Notes: generated from the sequence alone by a model not told the origin. A stretch of 64,000 nt of DNA from an uncultured Solirubrobacterales bacterium (GCA_963695805.1 CAVOHV010000001.1:67843-131842); one strand, 5' to 3'; shown: positions 47,606 to 56,985, counted from the first letter of the stretch. A program made the numbers and translations.

Positions 47606-48583
47606 CTACTTCATCCCCATCGAACGGCCCTGCGGCATCGGCTCCGTACGGGTCGGCATCTTGCCCTCCATCGAACCGCCCTGGTCCTGCATCGGCGTTT
47701 GGTTGTCGTTCATCTGCTCCTCGCCCATCGAACCGCCCTCCGACGATCCCTCGCCCATCCCCATGGAGTCCATCGCGGCCTGAGCCTCGGGTGAGTTCGG
47801 GAGCGTGAGGCCCGGAACGTCGGCGGCGAAGAAGGCCACACCGATCCCGAGGACGACGAGCAGCAGGGCGACGCTCCCGTTGGCGACGGCCTTCCAGGGA
47901 AGCAGCTTCTCGACCGCGATCAGAGCGGCGACCAGCACCATCCAGCCGATGCTCATCACGCCGAGGGCGAAGAGCGCGGCCATCAGCCCCCAGCAGCAGC
48001 CCACGCACCAGGCGCCGTGCTCGGTGCCCATCTGGAGGGCGCCGCGTCTGCCGGGACGCCAGGACGTGAGCAGGAACCCCATCGGGCTGCGGCAGCGCCG
48101 CAGGCAGGCGTCCTTGAGTGGTGTGAGCTGATAGATCCCCGCGACGACGATCACTGCGCCTGCGACGTAGGGGCCGCCGCTGTCCCAGGCGAGGAATCCG
48201 ATGTCCAGGGCCCGGCCGCCCTGGATGATCGCGTAGCCCAGCAGGCCCGCCGCCGCCCAGGTCAGCAGGTAGCCGCCGACGAACATCGCAGCCGCCCCGG
48301 GCTGGGCGGACTCACCGTTCTGGCGCTTGCCCTCCTCGATCCGGGCGTACATCAGAACCATCGGCGCGATCGAGGGGAACATCATCGCGGCCATCATCAC
48401 CACCCACGCCGTGATCCAGAAACCGAGCCCGCCGAGGTCGGTGCCGGGTCCGGCGTCCATGCCGTCCATCCGGTTGCCGGTCATCGCCCAAGCCACTGCC
48501 GCGAGCAGCAGGAGGCTGAAGATCAGCCCGACCTGGACGGCGCTCGAGAGCTGGGGAACCCTGCGGAGAGTCGCTGACTCCAT
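47606..48583 (-). CDS. DUF2182-like integral membrane protein with a Met-rich C-terminal tail
   Basis: ORF 47606..48658 with ATG 48583. ITAWVVMMAAMMFPSIAPMVLMY resembles the DUF2182 core. The last ~60 residues contain 11 Met (MDSMGMGEG...SMGEEQMNDNQTPMQDQGGSMEGKMPTRTEPMPQGRSMGMK). Confidence 0.65.
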   Translation of the reverse strand: MESATLRRVPQLSSAVQVGLIFSLLLLAAVAWAMTGNRMDGMDAGPGTDLGGLGFWITAWVVMMAAMMFPSIAPMVLMYARIEEGKRQNGESAQPGAAAMFVGGYLLTWAAAGLLGYAIIQGGRALDIGFLAWDSGGPYVAGAVIVVAGIYQLTPLKDACLRRCRSPMGFLLTSWRPGRRGALQMGTEHGAWCVGCCWGLMAALFALGVMSIGWMVLVAALIAVEKLLPWKAVANGSVALLLVVLGIGVAFFAADVPGLTLPNSPEAQAAMDSMGMGEGSSEGGSMGEEQMNDNQTPMQDQGGSMEGKMPTRTEPMPQGRSMGMK

Positions 48584-48672
48584 GCAGCTGGGGATTATTT
48601 CCACCTCGCGGGAGGAGTCAACCCCCCGCCTCCCATAGCCTGGGCGCGGTGAGCGCACCGGAGGACCAGCGG

Positions 48673-49776
48673 ATGCTCGATCGCTTCGCCCGTCTCTGCG
48701 AGATCTCCAGCCCCACCGGTGAGGAGCGGGAGGTTGCGGACGCCGTTTTGGAGGAGTTGCGCGAGTTCGGCGTGGACGTCGCCGAGGATGCCTCCGCGAC
48801 CCCGGCGCGGGCCGGGGCCGGGAACCTGATCGCGCGGGTCCCGGGGCGTGGAGAACGCTGGCTCTCCTTCTTCGCCCACCTGGACACCGTCCCCCACGAC
48901 GGCCCGGTGGAGGTGGACCAGGAGGGCGGTACGTTCCGGAGCGCCGGGGACACCATCCTCGGCGCCGACAACAAGGCGGCCGTGACCGTCCTGATGGAGC
49001 TCGCCATTCGCCACCGGGCGGACCCTGCGCCCCTGGGGCTCGAGCTCGTCTTCACCGTCGCGGAGGAGGACGGGCTCCGCGGGGCCAAGGAGCTCGACAT
49101 CTCGTCGTTGCAAGCCCCGTTCGGCTACGTGCTCGACCACGCGACGCCCATCGGGGAGCTGATCGTGGCGGCGCCGACCTACAAGCGCCTGATCGCCGAG
49201 TTCACCGGCCACGAAGCGCACGCCGGGATCAATCCGGAGGACGGGCACAGCGCGATCGCCGCGGCGGCCGTCGCCATCGCGGAGATGGAGCTGGGCCGCC
49301 TCGATGAGGAGACCACCGCGAACATCGGAATGATCGAGGGCGGGACCGCGTCCAACGTTGTCGCCGGCCACTGCAGGATCCTTGGAGAGGCGCGCAGCGT
49401 CGACGGGGAACGGGCCGCCGCCACGATCGGGGAGATGGTCGACGCGTGCACCTGGGGAGCGAGCCAGCAGGGGTGTGACGTCGACGCGCAGGTCAGCGAG
49501 ATGTTCCGCGGTTATCGCCTCGACCCCAGGGCAGAGCCCGTGCGGATCGCCTCGGAGGCCCTGCGCGCGGCCGGGTATGAGCCTGAGCTTGTCGCGACCG
49601 GCGGTGGCAGCGACGCCAACGCGCTGGTCGCCTCCGGCTACGAGGCCGTTCTGCTCGCCAACGGGACCGAGGCGAACCACACGCCCCAGGAGCTGGTCAC
49701 CGAGGGCGCCATCGTTGAGATGCTGCGGGTGTGCGAAGCGGCGATCGGGCTGGCTGGAGATGCTGAAGCTACGTAG
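48673..49776 (+). CDS. M20-family metallopeptidase (tripeptidase/PepT-like)
   Basis: MLDRFARLCEISSPTGEEREVADAV, HLDTV, and the GADNKAAV / EEDGLRG metal-ligand blocks. Confidence 0.8.
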   Translation: MLDRFARLCEISSPTGEEREVADAVLEELREFGVDVAEDASATPARAGAGNLIARVPGRGERWLSFFAHLDTVPHDGPVEVDQEGGTFRSAGDTILGADNKAAVTVLMELAIRHRADPAPLGLELVFTVAEEDGLRGAKELDISSLQAPFGYVLDHATPIGELIVAAPTYKRLIAEFTGHEAHAGINPEDGHSAIAAAAVAIAEMELGRLDEETTANIGMIEGGTASNVVAGHCRILGEARSVDGERAAATIGEMVDACTWGASQQGCDVDAQVSEMFRGYRLDPRAEPVRIASEALRAAGYEPELVATGGGSDANALVASGYEAVLLANGTEANHTPQELVTEGAIVEMLRVCEAAIGLAGDAEAT

Positions 49777-50782
49777 GGGTGTGGTCAGCGGGACTGACCC
49801 GCTGGTGGTGCAGGTCGGCGCCGAGCTGAGGCCCGCCTGGGCGGATCTCGGGTTGGTCGGCGAGGTGATGGAGGGCGACGAGGTGATCGTCAACGTCGAG
49901 GCGCGCGACCTCGGGCTCGGCTCGGGCGGCTTCGACGTCGTCCACGTCAACCTGACTCGCGGGCTGGAAGCACCTGGCACGAAAGAGGCGGCGGCGATGA
50001 AGCTCAACTACTCGCCGCTGCAGCATCCGGTCGAGCCGGTGGAGGCCCTGCCGGAGGAGGGTGCCGGGCGGCCGGTTCCCGTGCTCGTGCTCTCCCTCCA
50101 CGGACAGCTCGCCCCGGCAGCCTGGGCCGCCGGTCGTGCGGCGAGCGGTCTGCGGGTGGGCTACGTCCAGACGGCCGGCGGTGCCTTGCCCGGAGCCCTG
50201 TCGACGGATGTCGCTGAGCTTCGCGCGCGCGAGTTGCTCTGCGAGCACGTCACGGCCGGCCCTGCCTACGGCGGCGAGCGCGAGGCGCTCTCGGTAATTG
50301 GAGCGCTTGGCGGCGCGGCGGGGCCGCTCGGCTGGGATGCGACGATCGCCGGGCCGGGGCCGGGCATCGCCGGTTCCGGCAGCGCGCTGGGGCACGGCGG
50401 CATGGCCGCCCTCGACACCGCCCACGCCGCCATCGCCCTGGGTCTGGAGACGCTGCTCGCGCCCCGCCTCTCGAGCGGCGACTCGCGAGAGCGACACCGC
50501 GGCCTGAGCCATCACACGGAATCCGTGTTGCGGATGCTGCTCGCGGGCGTACGGGTGCCGGCTCCGGCTGACGATCGCGACGCGCTCGATTGCCTCCGGG
50601 TTGCCTGCGGCGATCGGCATGGGGTCTGGGACAGGGAGGCAGACGTCGACGAGTACGCGGCGAGCGGCCTGTCCGCGCGCCACATGGGGCGTTCGATCGA
50701 GGAGGACCGTTTGTTCTTCGCCGCCGGGCTCGCCGCCGGGGACGGCCTGGCCGCGGCGGCGCTGGTCGGGGAGGCGGCGTGA
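49760..50782 (+). CDS. DUF3866-like protein
   Basis: ORF 49358..50782; ATG 49760 overlaps the peptidase 3' end. MLKLRRGVVSG...VIVNVEARDLGLGSGGFDVVHVNLTRGL matches my recollection of DUF3866. Confidence 0.65.
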   Translation: MLKLRRGVVSGTDPLVVQVGAELRPAWADLGLVGEVMEGDEVIVNVEARDLGLGSGGFDVVHVNLTRGLEAPGTKEAAAMKLNYSPLQHPVEPVEALPEEGAGRPVPVLVLSLHGQLAPAAWAAGRAASGLRVGYVQTAGGALPGALSTDVAELRARELLCEHVTAGPAYGGEREALSVIGALGGAAGPLGWDATIAGPGPGIAGSGSALGHGGMAALDTAHAAIALGLETLLAPRLSSGDSRERHRGLSHHTESVLRMLLAGVRVPAPADDRDALDCLRVACGDRHGVWDREADVDEYAASGLSARHMGRSIEEDRLFFAAGLAAGDGLAAAALVGEAA

Positions 50783-51327
50783 ACGACGAGAACCCGAAGA
50801 ACGACGAGACCCTCAAGAAGGAGGGGAGCAAGCTCGTCTATCGGGGCCCGATCGCGTCGGTGCGCATGGAGACCTTCCAGTACTCCGACGGGAGCCGGTC
50901 GACGAGGCAGGTGGTGCTCCATCCCGGGGCGGTCTGCGTCGTCCCGCACGACGGGCGCTCGGTCTACATGGTCGAGCAGCCGCGGGAGGCGGTCGAGGAA
51001 CCGGCGCTGCTCGAGCTGCCGGCCGGGAAGCTCGACGTCGAGGGGGAGACTCCGCTCGAGTGTGCCCAACGCGAGCTCGGTGAGGAGATCGGCAAGTCCG
51101 CCGGCGACTGGCGCGAGCTGAAGAGCTTCTACACGAGCCCGGGGTTCGCCAACGAGCGGGTCTGGCTTTTCCTGGCGACCGAGCTCTACGACACCCCGGC
51201 GCGCCGGCACGCGGACGAGCGGATCGAGATCGTCGAGTTCGCGCTCGACGATCTCGACACCGCAATCGACCGCTGCGAGGACGCCAAGTCCCTCATCGGC
51301 CTGATGATGCTCAAGCAGCTGATCTAG
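50779..51327 (+). CDS. NUDIX hydrolase (ADP-ribose pyrophosphatase-like)
   Basis: GTG overlaps the upstream stop (GTGA). NUDIX box is GKLDVEGETPLECAQRELGEEIG. Confidence 0.8.
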   Translation: MNDENPKNDETLKKEGSKLVYRGPIASVRMETFQYSDGSRSTRQVVLHPGAVCVVPHDGRSVYMVEQPREAVEEPALLELPAGKLDVEGETPLECAQRELGEEIGKSAGDWRELKSFYTSPGFANERVWLFLATELYDTPARRHADERIEIVEFALDDLDTAIDRCEDAKSLIGLMMLKQLI

Positions 51328-51370
51328 GCCCCCGTGAAGGGACCGGCGGGTGGCCGCGGAAGTACTTGGC

Positions 51371-52339
51371 ATGGCCACGATTGCGCCGCCGCGTGAGGCG
51401 ACAGAACCGAAGCCGTCCGAGCGCTACGAGGCTCTGGTGCTGGATTTCCTCGCGCATCTGGAGTTCGAGCGCGGGCTATCCCGCAACACGCTCTCCGCGT
51501 ACCGCACGGACCTGCTCCAGTTCGGTCGCTTCCTGTCCGAGCGTGGCCGCGACGCGACCAGCGCCACGGCCGGCGACCTCTCTGACTTCCTCGCGGACCT
51601 GGCCAAGGGAGACGGGAACGGCCGAGCCGCCTGCTCGACCGCCACCGTCCATCGGAAGGCAGCCTGCCTGCGGTCCTTCTACCGGCATCTGCGCCGCGAG
51701 GAGACGATCGACGACGACCCGGCAGCGAGGCTCGAGACACCCCAGCGCGGCCGCAAGCTTCCCGAGGTCCTGAGCTATGCGGAGGTGCAGAAGCTGCTCG
51801 CGCAGCCGCGCGGCGACGAGCCGACCGCCATTCGGGACCGCGCGCTCCTCGAGCTGATGTACGCGTCCGGGCTGCGGGCGTCGGAGACGATCTCGCTGGA
51901 GGTCTCCGATGTCGACGTCGAGCACGGGATCGTCCGCGCCAGAGGCAAGGGATCCAAGGAACGCCTCGTCCCGGTTGGTGGCAAGGCCGTCGCCGCGGTC
52001 AGGGTCTATCTGCGCTCCGGGCGGCCCAAGCTGCTGAACTCACCGGAGGAGCCCAAGCTGTTCCTCAACTTCCGCGGCGGGCCGCTGACCCGCCAGGGCC
52101 TCTACAAGATCGTGCTTCGCCACGCGCAGTCCGCCGGGCTCGGCAACCGGATGAGCCCGCACACGCTGCGGCACTCGTTCGCCACGCACCTGCTGAGCGG
52201 CGGCTGCGACCTGCGCTCGGTTCAGGAGATGCTCGGCCACGCCGACCTCTCGACCACCCAGCTGTACACCCATCTCTCGGGTGAGGAGCTCAAGGAGGCC
52301 TACTTCAAGGCCCATCCGCGGGCTCATCTGTCTCGCTAG
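51371..52339 (+). CDS. xerD: site-specific tyrosine recombinase XerD
   Basis: LDFLAHLEFERGLSRNTLSAYRTDL at the N-terminus. The catalytic region is ASGLRASE...HTLRHSFATHLL...GHADLSTTQLYTH. Confidence 0.9.
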   Translation: MATIAPPREATEPKPSERYEALVLDFLAHLEFERGLSRNTLSAYRTDLLQFGRFLSERGRDATSATAGDLSDFLADLAKGDGNGRAACSTATVHRKAACLRSFYRHLRREETIDDDPAARLETPQRGRKLPEVLSYAEVQKLLAQPRGDEPTAIRDRALLELMYASGLRASETISLEVSDVDVEHGIVRARGKGSKERLVPVGGKAVAAVRVYLRSGRPKLLNSPEEPKLFLNFRGGPLTRQGLYKIVLRHAQSAGLGNRMSPHTLRHSFATHLLSGGCDLRSVQEMLGHADLSTTQLYTHLSGEELKEAYFKAHPRAHLSR

Positions 52340-52363
52340 CGCGGGTCACTAGCATCGGGCGGG

Positions 52364-53350
52364 ATGCCCGAGCTACCCGAGGTGGAGACGGTCCGTGGCC
52401 AACTCGAGCCGGAGCTGGTCGGGAAGCGAATCGAGTCCGCCACCGTGCTCGACGAGCGGCTCACCAGGCCGGAGCCGCCCGCGGCGCTCGAGCGTGCCGT
52501 TGCCGGCCGCGAGGTGACCGCCGTTGCGCGGCGCGGCAAGTACCTGCTGCTCGGCCTCGAGGGCGGCCGAACACTCGCTCTGCACCTGCGGATGACGGGG
52601 AACCTCCTGCTGCGAGATCCGCGGGAGGGCATGACGGCCGACCTGATGAAGAGCGAGCCGGCGTCACGCGGGTCGGGCTCGGCGGATCCTCGCGCACCCT
52701 CGCCGGAACCGAGCCATGTGAGGGCTCGCTTCGAGCTCGACGACGGGCGGGTGCTGCTGTTCACGGACGTGCGCCGCTTCGGGCAGGCCGTCGTGCTGGA
52801 CGCGGGCGATCAGCTCGATGACTTCTTCGCCTCCCGCCTCGGCATCGAGCCGCTCTCGGGCGAGCTCACCCCGGAGCGGCTGCTCGAGCTGGCGGCGGGC
52901 CGGAAGGCACCGCTCAAGTCGTTCCTTCTGAGCCAATCGAGGATCGCGGGCATCGGGAATATCTACGCGGACGAGGCCCTCTGGCGGGCACGGCTGCATC
53001 CGCTCTCGCCGGCGGGCTCGATGAAGATGGAGCACGCGGAGCGGCTGGTCCATGGGATCGTCGGCGCTCTGCAGGCGGGCCTTGACCATGGCGGCGCCAG
53101 CATCGACGACTACCTCGACGCCCGGGGAGAGCGGGGCTCGATGCAGGAGGAGTTTCTGGTCCACAGTCGCGAGGGCGAACCGTGCCTCCGGCCCCCGGAG
53201 GAGCACCGTCCCTCTCCGGCGCCGGTGATCCAGCGGATCGTGGTGGCCGGCCGCTCGACCTACTTCTGCCCGAACTGCCAGGAGCGCCTGCGGCGGCGAC
53301 CGCGGAGAAAGGCGCGTCGGCGGGGATCGCGCAGGTCGGAGGCGAGGTGA
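52364..53350 (+). CDS. mutM: formamidopyrimidine-DNA glycosylase (Fpg/MutM) with an internal insertion, an atypical zinc finger and an Arg-rich tail
   Basis: MPELPEVETVRGQL, H2TH IAGIGNIYADEALWRARLHP, and C-terminal GRSTYFCPNCQ. The first CxxC of the zinc finger is replaced by PC-LRPPEEHRPSPAPVIQR. The tail is RLRRRPRRKARRRGSRRSEAR. Confidence 0.85.
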   Translation: MPELPEVETVRGQLEPELVGKRIESATVLDERLTRPEPPAALERAVAGREVTAVARRGKYLLLGLEGGRTLALHLRMTGNLLLRDPREGMTADLMKSEPASRGSGSADPRAPSPEPSHVRARFELDDGRVLLFTDVRRFGQAVVLDAGDQLDDFFASRLGIEPLSGELTPERLLELAAGRKAPLKSFLLSQSRIAGIGNIYADEALWRARLHPLSPAGSMKMEHAERLVHGIVGALQAGLDHGGASIDDYLDARGERGSMQEEFLVHSREGEPCLRPPEEHRPSPAPVIQRIVVAGRSTYFCPNCQERLRRRPRRKARRRGSRRSEAR

Positions 53351-54282
53351 GCGAGCCGCCGCCGCTGCCGGACGGCTTCGCTGTCGGCCACTGGTCGGAT
53401 CCGGAGGGCGGTACGGGCTGCACCGTGGTGCTCCCGCCACCCGAGACGCGGGGTGGGGTCTGCGTGCACGGTGGGGGGCCGGGGACACGCGAGACCGACA
53501 CGCTGCGGCCGCTCGCCAACGCCCAGGAGGCGAACGCGATCCTGATCACCGGAGGCAGCGCGTTCGGGCTGGCGGCGGCGGACGGCGTCGTGCGCTGGCT
53601 CGAAGAGCATGGGCGCGGCTACGACACCCCGTATGGCCGTGTGCCGCTGGTGCCCGCGGCGGTGATCTACGACCTGCCCTCGGGCTCGGGCCCTGATGCT
53701 CGCCCCGGCCCCGAGGCCGGGTATGCAGCGTGCGAGGCGGCCGAGCCGGGGGTGCCGGTGCGGGGCGCCGTCGGCGCGGGGACCGGCGCGACGGTGGGGA
53801 AGATCCTCGGCCGCGATCGCGCCAGGCCGGGCGGCGTCGGCTATGCGGCGCTCGTCACTGGGACCGCTCACACGGTCGCCGCGGTGGCGGCTGTCAATGC
53901 GGCCGGGGACGTAATCGACGAGGACGGCTCGGTGCTCGCCGGCCCCCGCGGGGAGGAGGGGGAGGTCCTGCGCGGCGCTGAGTTGATTGCCGCGATGGAG
54001 GCGCCGCCGCAGTTCCGGGTGCCGGAGGGGAACTCGACGCCGGTCTGCGTCTGCACGGACGCGGCGTTGGACAAGCGGGGCTGCTCGATGGTGGCGCGCG
54101 CCGCCACGGCCGGGCTGGGGCGGGCGGTGGATCCGGTGTTCACTCCGGTGGACGGCGACGTCGTTTTCTGCCTGGCTTCGGGCCGGGATGAGCCGGATCC
54201 GTTCGCGCCCTTCCAGATCGGCGCGGCGGCGGCGACGGTGACCGCTGCCGCGGTCCGGGACGCTGTGCGGCAGACCGGCTGA
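53347..54282 (+). CDS. P1/S58 (DmpA-like) family aminopeptidase
   Basis: GTG overlaps the mutM stop (GTGA). GFAVGHWSDPEGGTGCTVVL, AILITGGSAFGLAAADGV and VCVCTDAALDK resemble the DmpA/S58 family. Confidence 0.7.
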   Translation: MSEPPPLPDGFAVGHWSDPEGGTGCTVVLPPPETRGGVCVHGGGPGTRETDTLRPLANAQEANAILITGGSAFGLAAADGVVRWLEEHGRGYDTPYGRVPLVPAAVIYDLPSGSGPDARPGPEAGYAACEAAEPGVPVRGAVGAGTGATVGKILGRDRARPGGVGYAALVTGTAHTVAAVAAVNAAGDVIDEDGSVLAGPRGEEGEVLRGAELIAAMEAPPQFRVPEGNSTPVCVCTDAALDKRGCSMVARAATAGLGRAVDPVFTPVDGDVVFCLASGRDEPDPFAPFQIGAAAATVTAAAVRDAVRQTG

Positions 54283-54309
54283 GCGGAGATACTCTGAGTC
54301 CTCCGGCCG

Positions 54310-54355
54310 GTTTTGGTCACTTGCGCGCGCTGTGGCGATCCAAAGTGACCAAAAC
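54310..54355. repeat. palindromic element GTTTTGGTCACTT-N20-AAGTGACCAAAAC, related to 27565-27587
   Basis: 13-bp perfect arms (54310-54322 and 54343-54355). It lies between the peptidase stop and the recO start and is AT-rich relative to its surroundings. Confidence 0.6.
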
Positions 54356-54387
54356 TCGTCCGAGCCGTGCGGCAACGTGGATTGGTC

Positions 54388-55107
54388 ATGCCTGGAAGCG
54401 TGAAGACGGAGGCCGTCGTGCTGCGCAGCATCCGCTACGGCGAAGCCGACCGCGTCGTGCATCTGTACTCGGCGACGCGGGGGCGCGTCGGGGCGATCGC
54501 GAAGGGGTCCCGCCGGCCGAAGTCCAGGTTCGGGGGGCGGCTCGAGCCGTTCTTCAGGCTCGACCTGGTGCTCTACGAGGGCAGGGGCGATCTGCTCACG
54601 GTCACCGGCGCCTCCACCGTCGATGGTTACGCGCGGCTGCGCTCGTCAGGGCCGGCGCTGGGGGCGGCGGGCCGAGCCTGCGACTCGGTACTGCGGCTGC
54701 TCGACTCGGGAGAGCCGAACGGGGCGGCCTACAACCTGCTCTGCAACTACCTGGGGCTGCTGGATGCGGATTCGGCGGCCGCCAGCGCGCCGGGCGCCGC
54801 ACTCGCCTTCCGGCTCAAGTTGGCTCTGGCCGCCGGGTTCTCACCGGAGCTGGGGAGCTGCGCCAGCTGCGGTGAGGCCGACCACATCGCGGCGTTCTCG
54901 GGCGCGGCGGGCGGCGTGGTCTGCGCCAGCTGCGAGGGGGGAGGCTTTTCGCTCACAGAGGAGGCGCACCGGTTCATGGTCGACGCGCTGGCCAGTCCGC
55001 TGTCCGAGGCCCCGTCCGCGGGCCGTGGGGTGGCCGCGCAGGCGGATCGGGCGATCACCGAGACGCTCGAGCACCACGCGCATGTGCGGCTGCGCGCCGC
55101 GGCCTAG
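54388..55107 (+). CDS. recO: DNA repair protein RecO
   Basis: KTEAVVLRSIRYGEADRVVHLYS (OB fold) and zinc motif CASCGE...CASCEG. Confidence 0.85.
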   Translation: MPGSVKTEAVVLRSIRYGEADRVVHLYSATRGRVGAIAKGSRRPKSRFGGRLEPFFRLDLVLYEGRGDLLTVTGASTVDGYARLRSSGPALGAAGRACDSVLRLLDSGEPNGAAYNLLCNYLGLLDADSAAASAPGAALAFRLKLALAAGFSPELGSCASCGEADHIAAFSGAAGGVVCASCEGGGFSLTEEAHRFMVDALASPLSEAPSAGRGVAAQADRAITETLEHHAHVRLRAAA

Positions 55108-55862
55108 CTGCGCGGCCGGTACATGCGCTCGGCGACGCGGAGCTTGACCCCCTTCGGCCCCTTGCTGGCGCGCATGAACCAGGGGAAGAAGCGGCCGGTG
55201 ACCGTCGAGCGCTTGCTGCGGTCATAGGCACGGAGTGAGTCCGAGACGCACTGCTCGGCGGTGATCATTCCGGGCGGGATCTGAGTGGTCTCGTCGTAGC
55301 CGGCGACGCCCTGCCACTCGGTCTTCACGGGTCCAGGGTTGACCACCAGGATCTTGACGCCGGTGCCACGAAGCTCCGTCCAAAGCGCCTCCATGAAAGA
55401 GATCGCGAACGCCTTGCTGGCGCCGTAGACGGCCTCGTAGGGGAGGGGCTGCATGCCGGCGGTGGAGGCGACGGTGATCACGCCGCCACGCCCCCGCTCG
55501 ACCATCGCCGGGAGGTAGGCGTGGGTGAGGGTGACGACCGCCTCGCAATTGACCCGAACCATCTCGGCATCGCGCTCGGGGTCGAGCTCGAGGAAGCGAC
55601 CGCGGAGGCCGAAGCCGGCGTTGTTGACCAGCAGGTCCACATTCACGCCGAGCTTCTGGACCTCTCCGGGAAGGTCGGCCGCGTTGGTGACGAGGTCGCT
55701 CTCGATGACGTGCGCCGTGGTCGGAAGCTGCTCGGCGAGCTGTTCGAGGCGGTCCTTACGCCGGGCGACGAGGATCAGGTCGTAGCCGCGACCGGCGAGC
55801 TGGCGGGCGAATTCCTCGCCGATGCCGGCGGAAGCGCCGGTGATCAGTGCTGTCTCTGCCAT
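55104..55862 (-). CDS. short-chain dehydrogenase/reductase (SDR)
   Basis: ORF 55104..55955 with ATG 55862. ALITGASAGIGEEFA, NNAG, and YGASKAF (Y-x3-K). Confidence 0.85.
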   Translation of the reverse strand: MAETALITGASAGIGEEFARQLAGRGYDLILVARRKDRLEQLAEQLPTTAHVIESDLVTNAADLPGEVQKLGVNVDLLVNNAGFGLRGRFLELDPERDAEMVRVNCEAVVTLTHAYLPAMVERGRGGVITVASTAGMQPLPYEAVYGASKAFAISFMEALWTELRGTGVKILVVNPGPVKTEWQGVAGYDETTQIPPGMITAEQCVSDSLRAYDRSKRSTVTGRFFPWFMRASKGPKGVKLRVAERMYRPRS

Positions 55863-55936
55863 CGATCGGAGCCTATTCAGATACGCCGAGCCGCGTTCCC
55901 GGCAGACGCGCCGTCCGGGGTGCGAACATCGGGTCG

Positions 55937-56983
55937 ATGGAGACTCGCGCTGCAACGTTCGAGGATCGGATCCGCTCCTGGGAGTCGGAGTACCTCTGGG
56001 ACCTTGCGACGCCCTCGTATCCGGCGCACAGGCGGGAGCAGGAACCGGACAGCCCGGTGAGGACGCCGTTCCAGCGGGATCGGGATCGGATCGTGCATTC
56101 GAAGGCGTTTCGGCGCCTCAAGCACAAGACCCAGGTGTTCGTGGCGCCGGAGGGAGACCACTACCGGACGCGGCTCACGCACACGCTCGAGGCCTGCTTC
56201 ATCTCGAGGACCGTCGCGCGGGCGCTCGGGCTGAATGAGGACCTGACCGAGGCGGTGGGACTGGGTCACGACCTCGGGCATCCACCCTTCGGGCACATCG
56301 GCGAGGAGGTGCTGGACGAGGCTCTCAAGGAGCACGGCATGCGGTTTCGGCACAACGAGCACTCGCTCCGGGTCGTCGAGGTGCTGGCGCGTGACGGTCG
56401 GGGACTCAACCTGACCGAGGAGGTCCGGGACGGGATCCTCAATCACACCGGCCCGGGGAAGCCGGAGACGCTGGAGGGGCGGGTGGTGCGGATCGTGGAC
56501 CGGGTCGCGTACATCAACCACGACATCGACGACGCGGTGCGGGCCGGGATCATCTCGGACGCGGATCTGCCGGCCGAGGAGATCGAGTTGCTCGGCGAGA
56601 CCGGCGCGGCCCGGATCGACCTGTTGGTGCGTGACATGGTGGAGCGGACCCGAGCCGAGGGGGACATCGCGCAGAGCGATCAGGTCGGTGGGGCGATGCT
56701 GCGACTGCGGAAGTTCATGTTCCAGCGGGTATACCTGGGTGAGGAGGCGCGGGCAGAGCAGGAGCGGGCGAGGCTGGCGCTGCGCGCGCTGTTCGAGCAC
56801 TACCTGGGGCACCTCGACGAGGTGCCGGCGACTGATCCGACGGCCGGGCCGGTGCAGCGGGTGACCGACTATCTGGCCGGAATGACCGACCGTTTCTGCC
56901 TCTCGACGTACGAGCGGCTGATGGCCGGCAATAGGCATATGCGAGGGTGCCCCGCAGGCGAAGCCGAGGAGCAACCCGATTAG
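55937..56983 (+). CDS. dgt: dGTP triphosphohydrolase-like HD-domain protein
   Basis: ATG 55937. FQRDRDRIVHSKAFRRLKHKTQVF and HD motif THTLEAC...GHDLGHPPFGH. dgt-dnaG synteny is conserved in Actinomycetota. Confidence 0.85.
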   Translation: METRAATFEDRIRSWESEYLWDLATPSYPAHRREQEPDSPVRTPFQRDRDRIVHSKAFRRLKHKTQVFVAPEGDHYRTRLTHTLEACFISRTVARALGLNEDLTEAVGLGHDLGHPPFGHIGEEVLDEALKEHGMRFRHNEHSLRVVEVLARDGRGLNLTEEVRDGILNHTGPGKPETLEGRVVRIVDRVAYINHDIDDAVRAGIISDADLPAEEIELLGETGAARIDLLVRDMVERTRAEGDIAQSDQVGGAMLRLRKFMFQRVYLGEEARAEQERARLALRALFEHYLGHLDEVPATDPTAGPVQRVTDYLAGMTDRFCLSTYERLMAGNRHMRGCPAGEAEEQPD

Positions 56984-56985
56984 CC

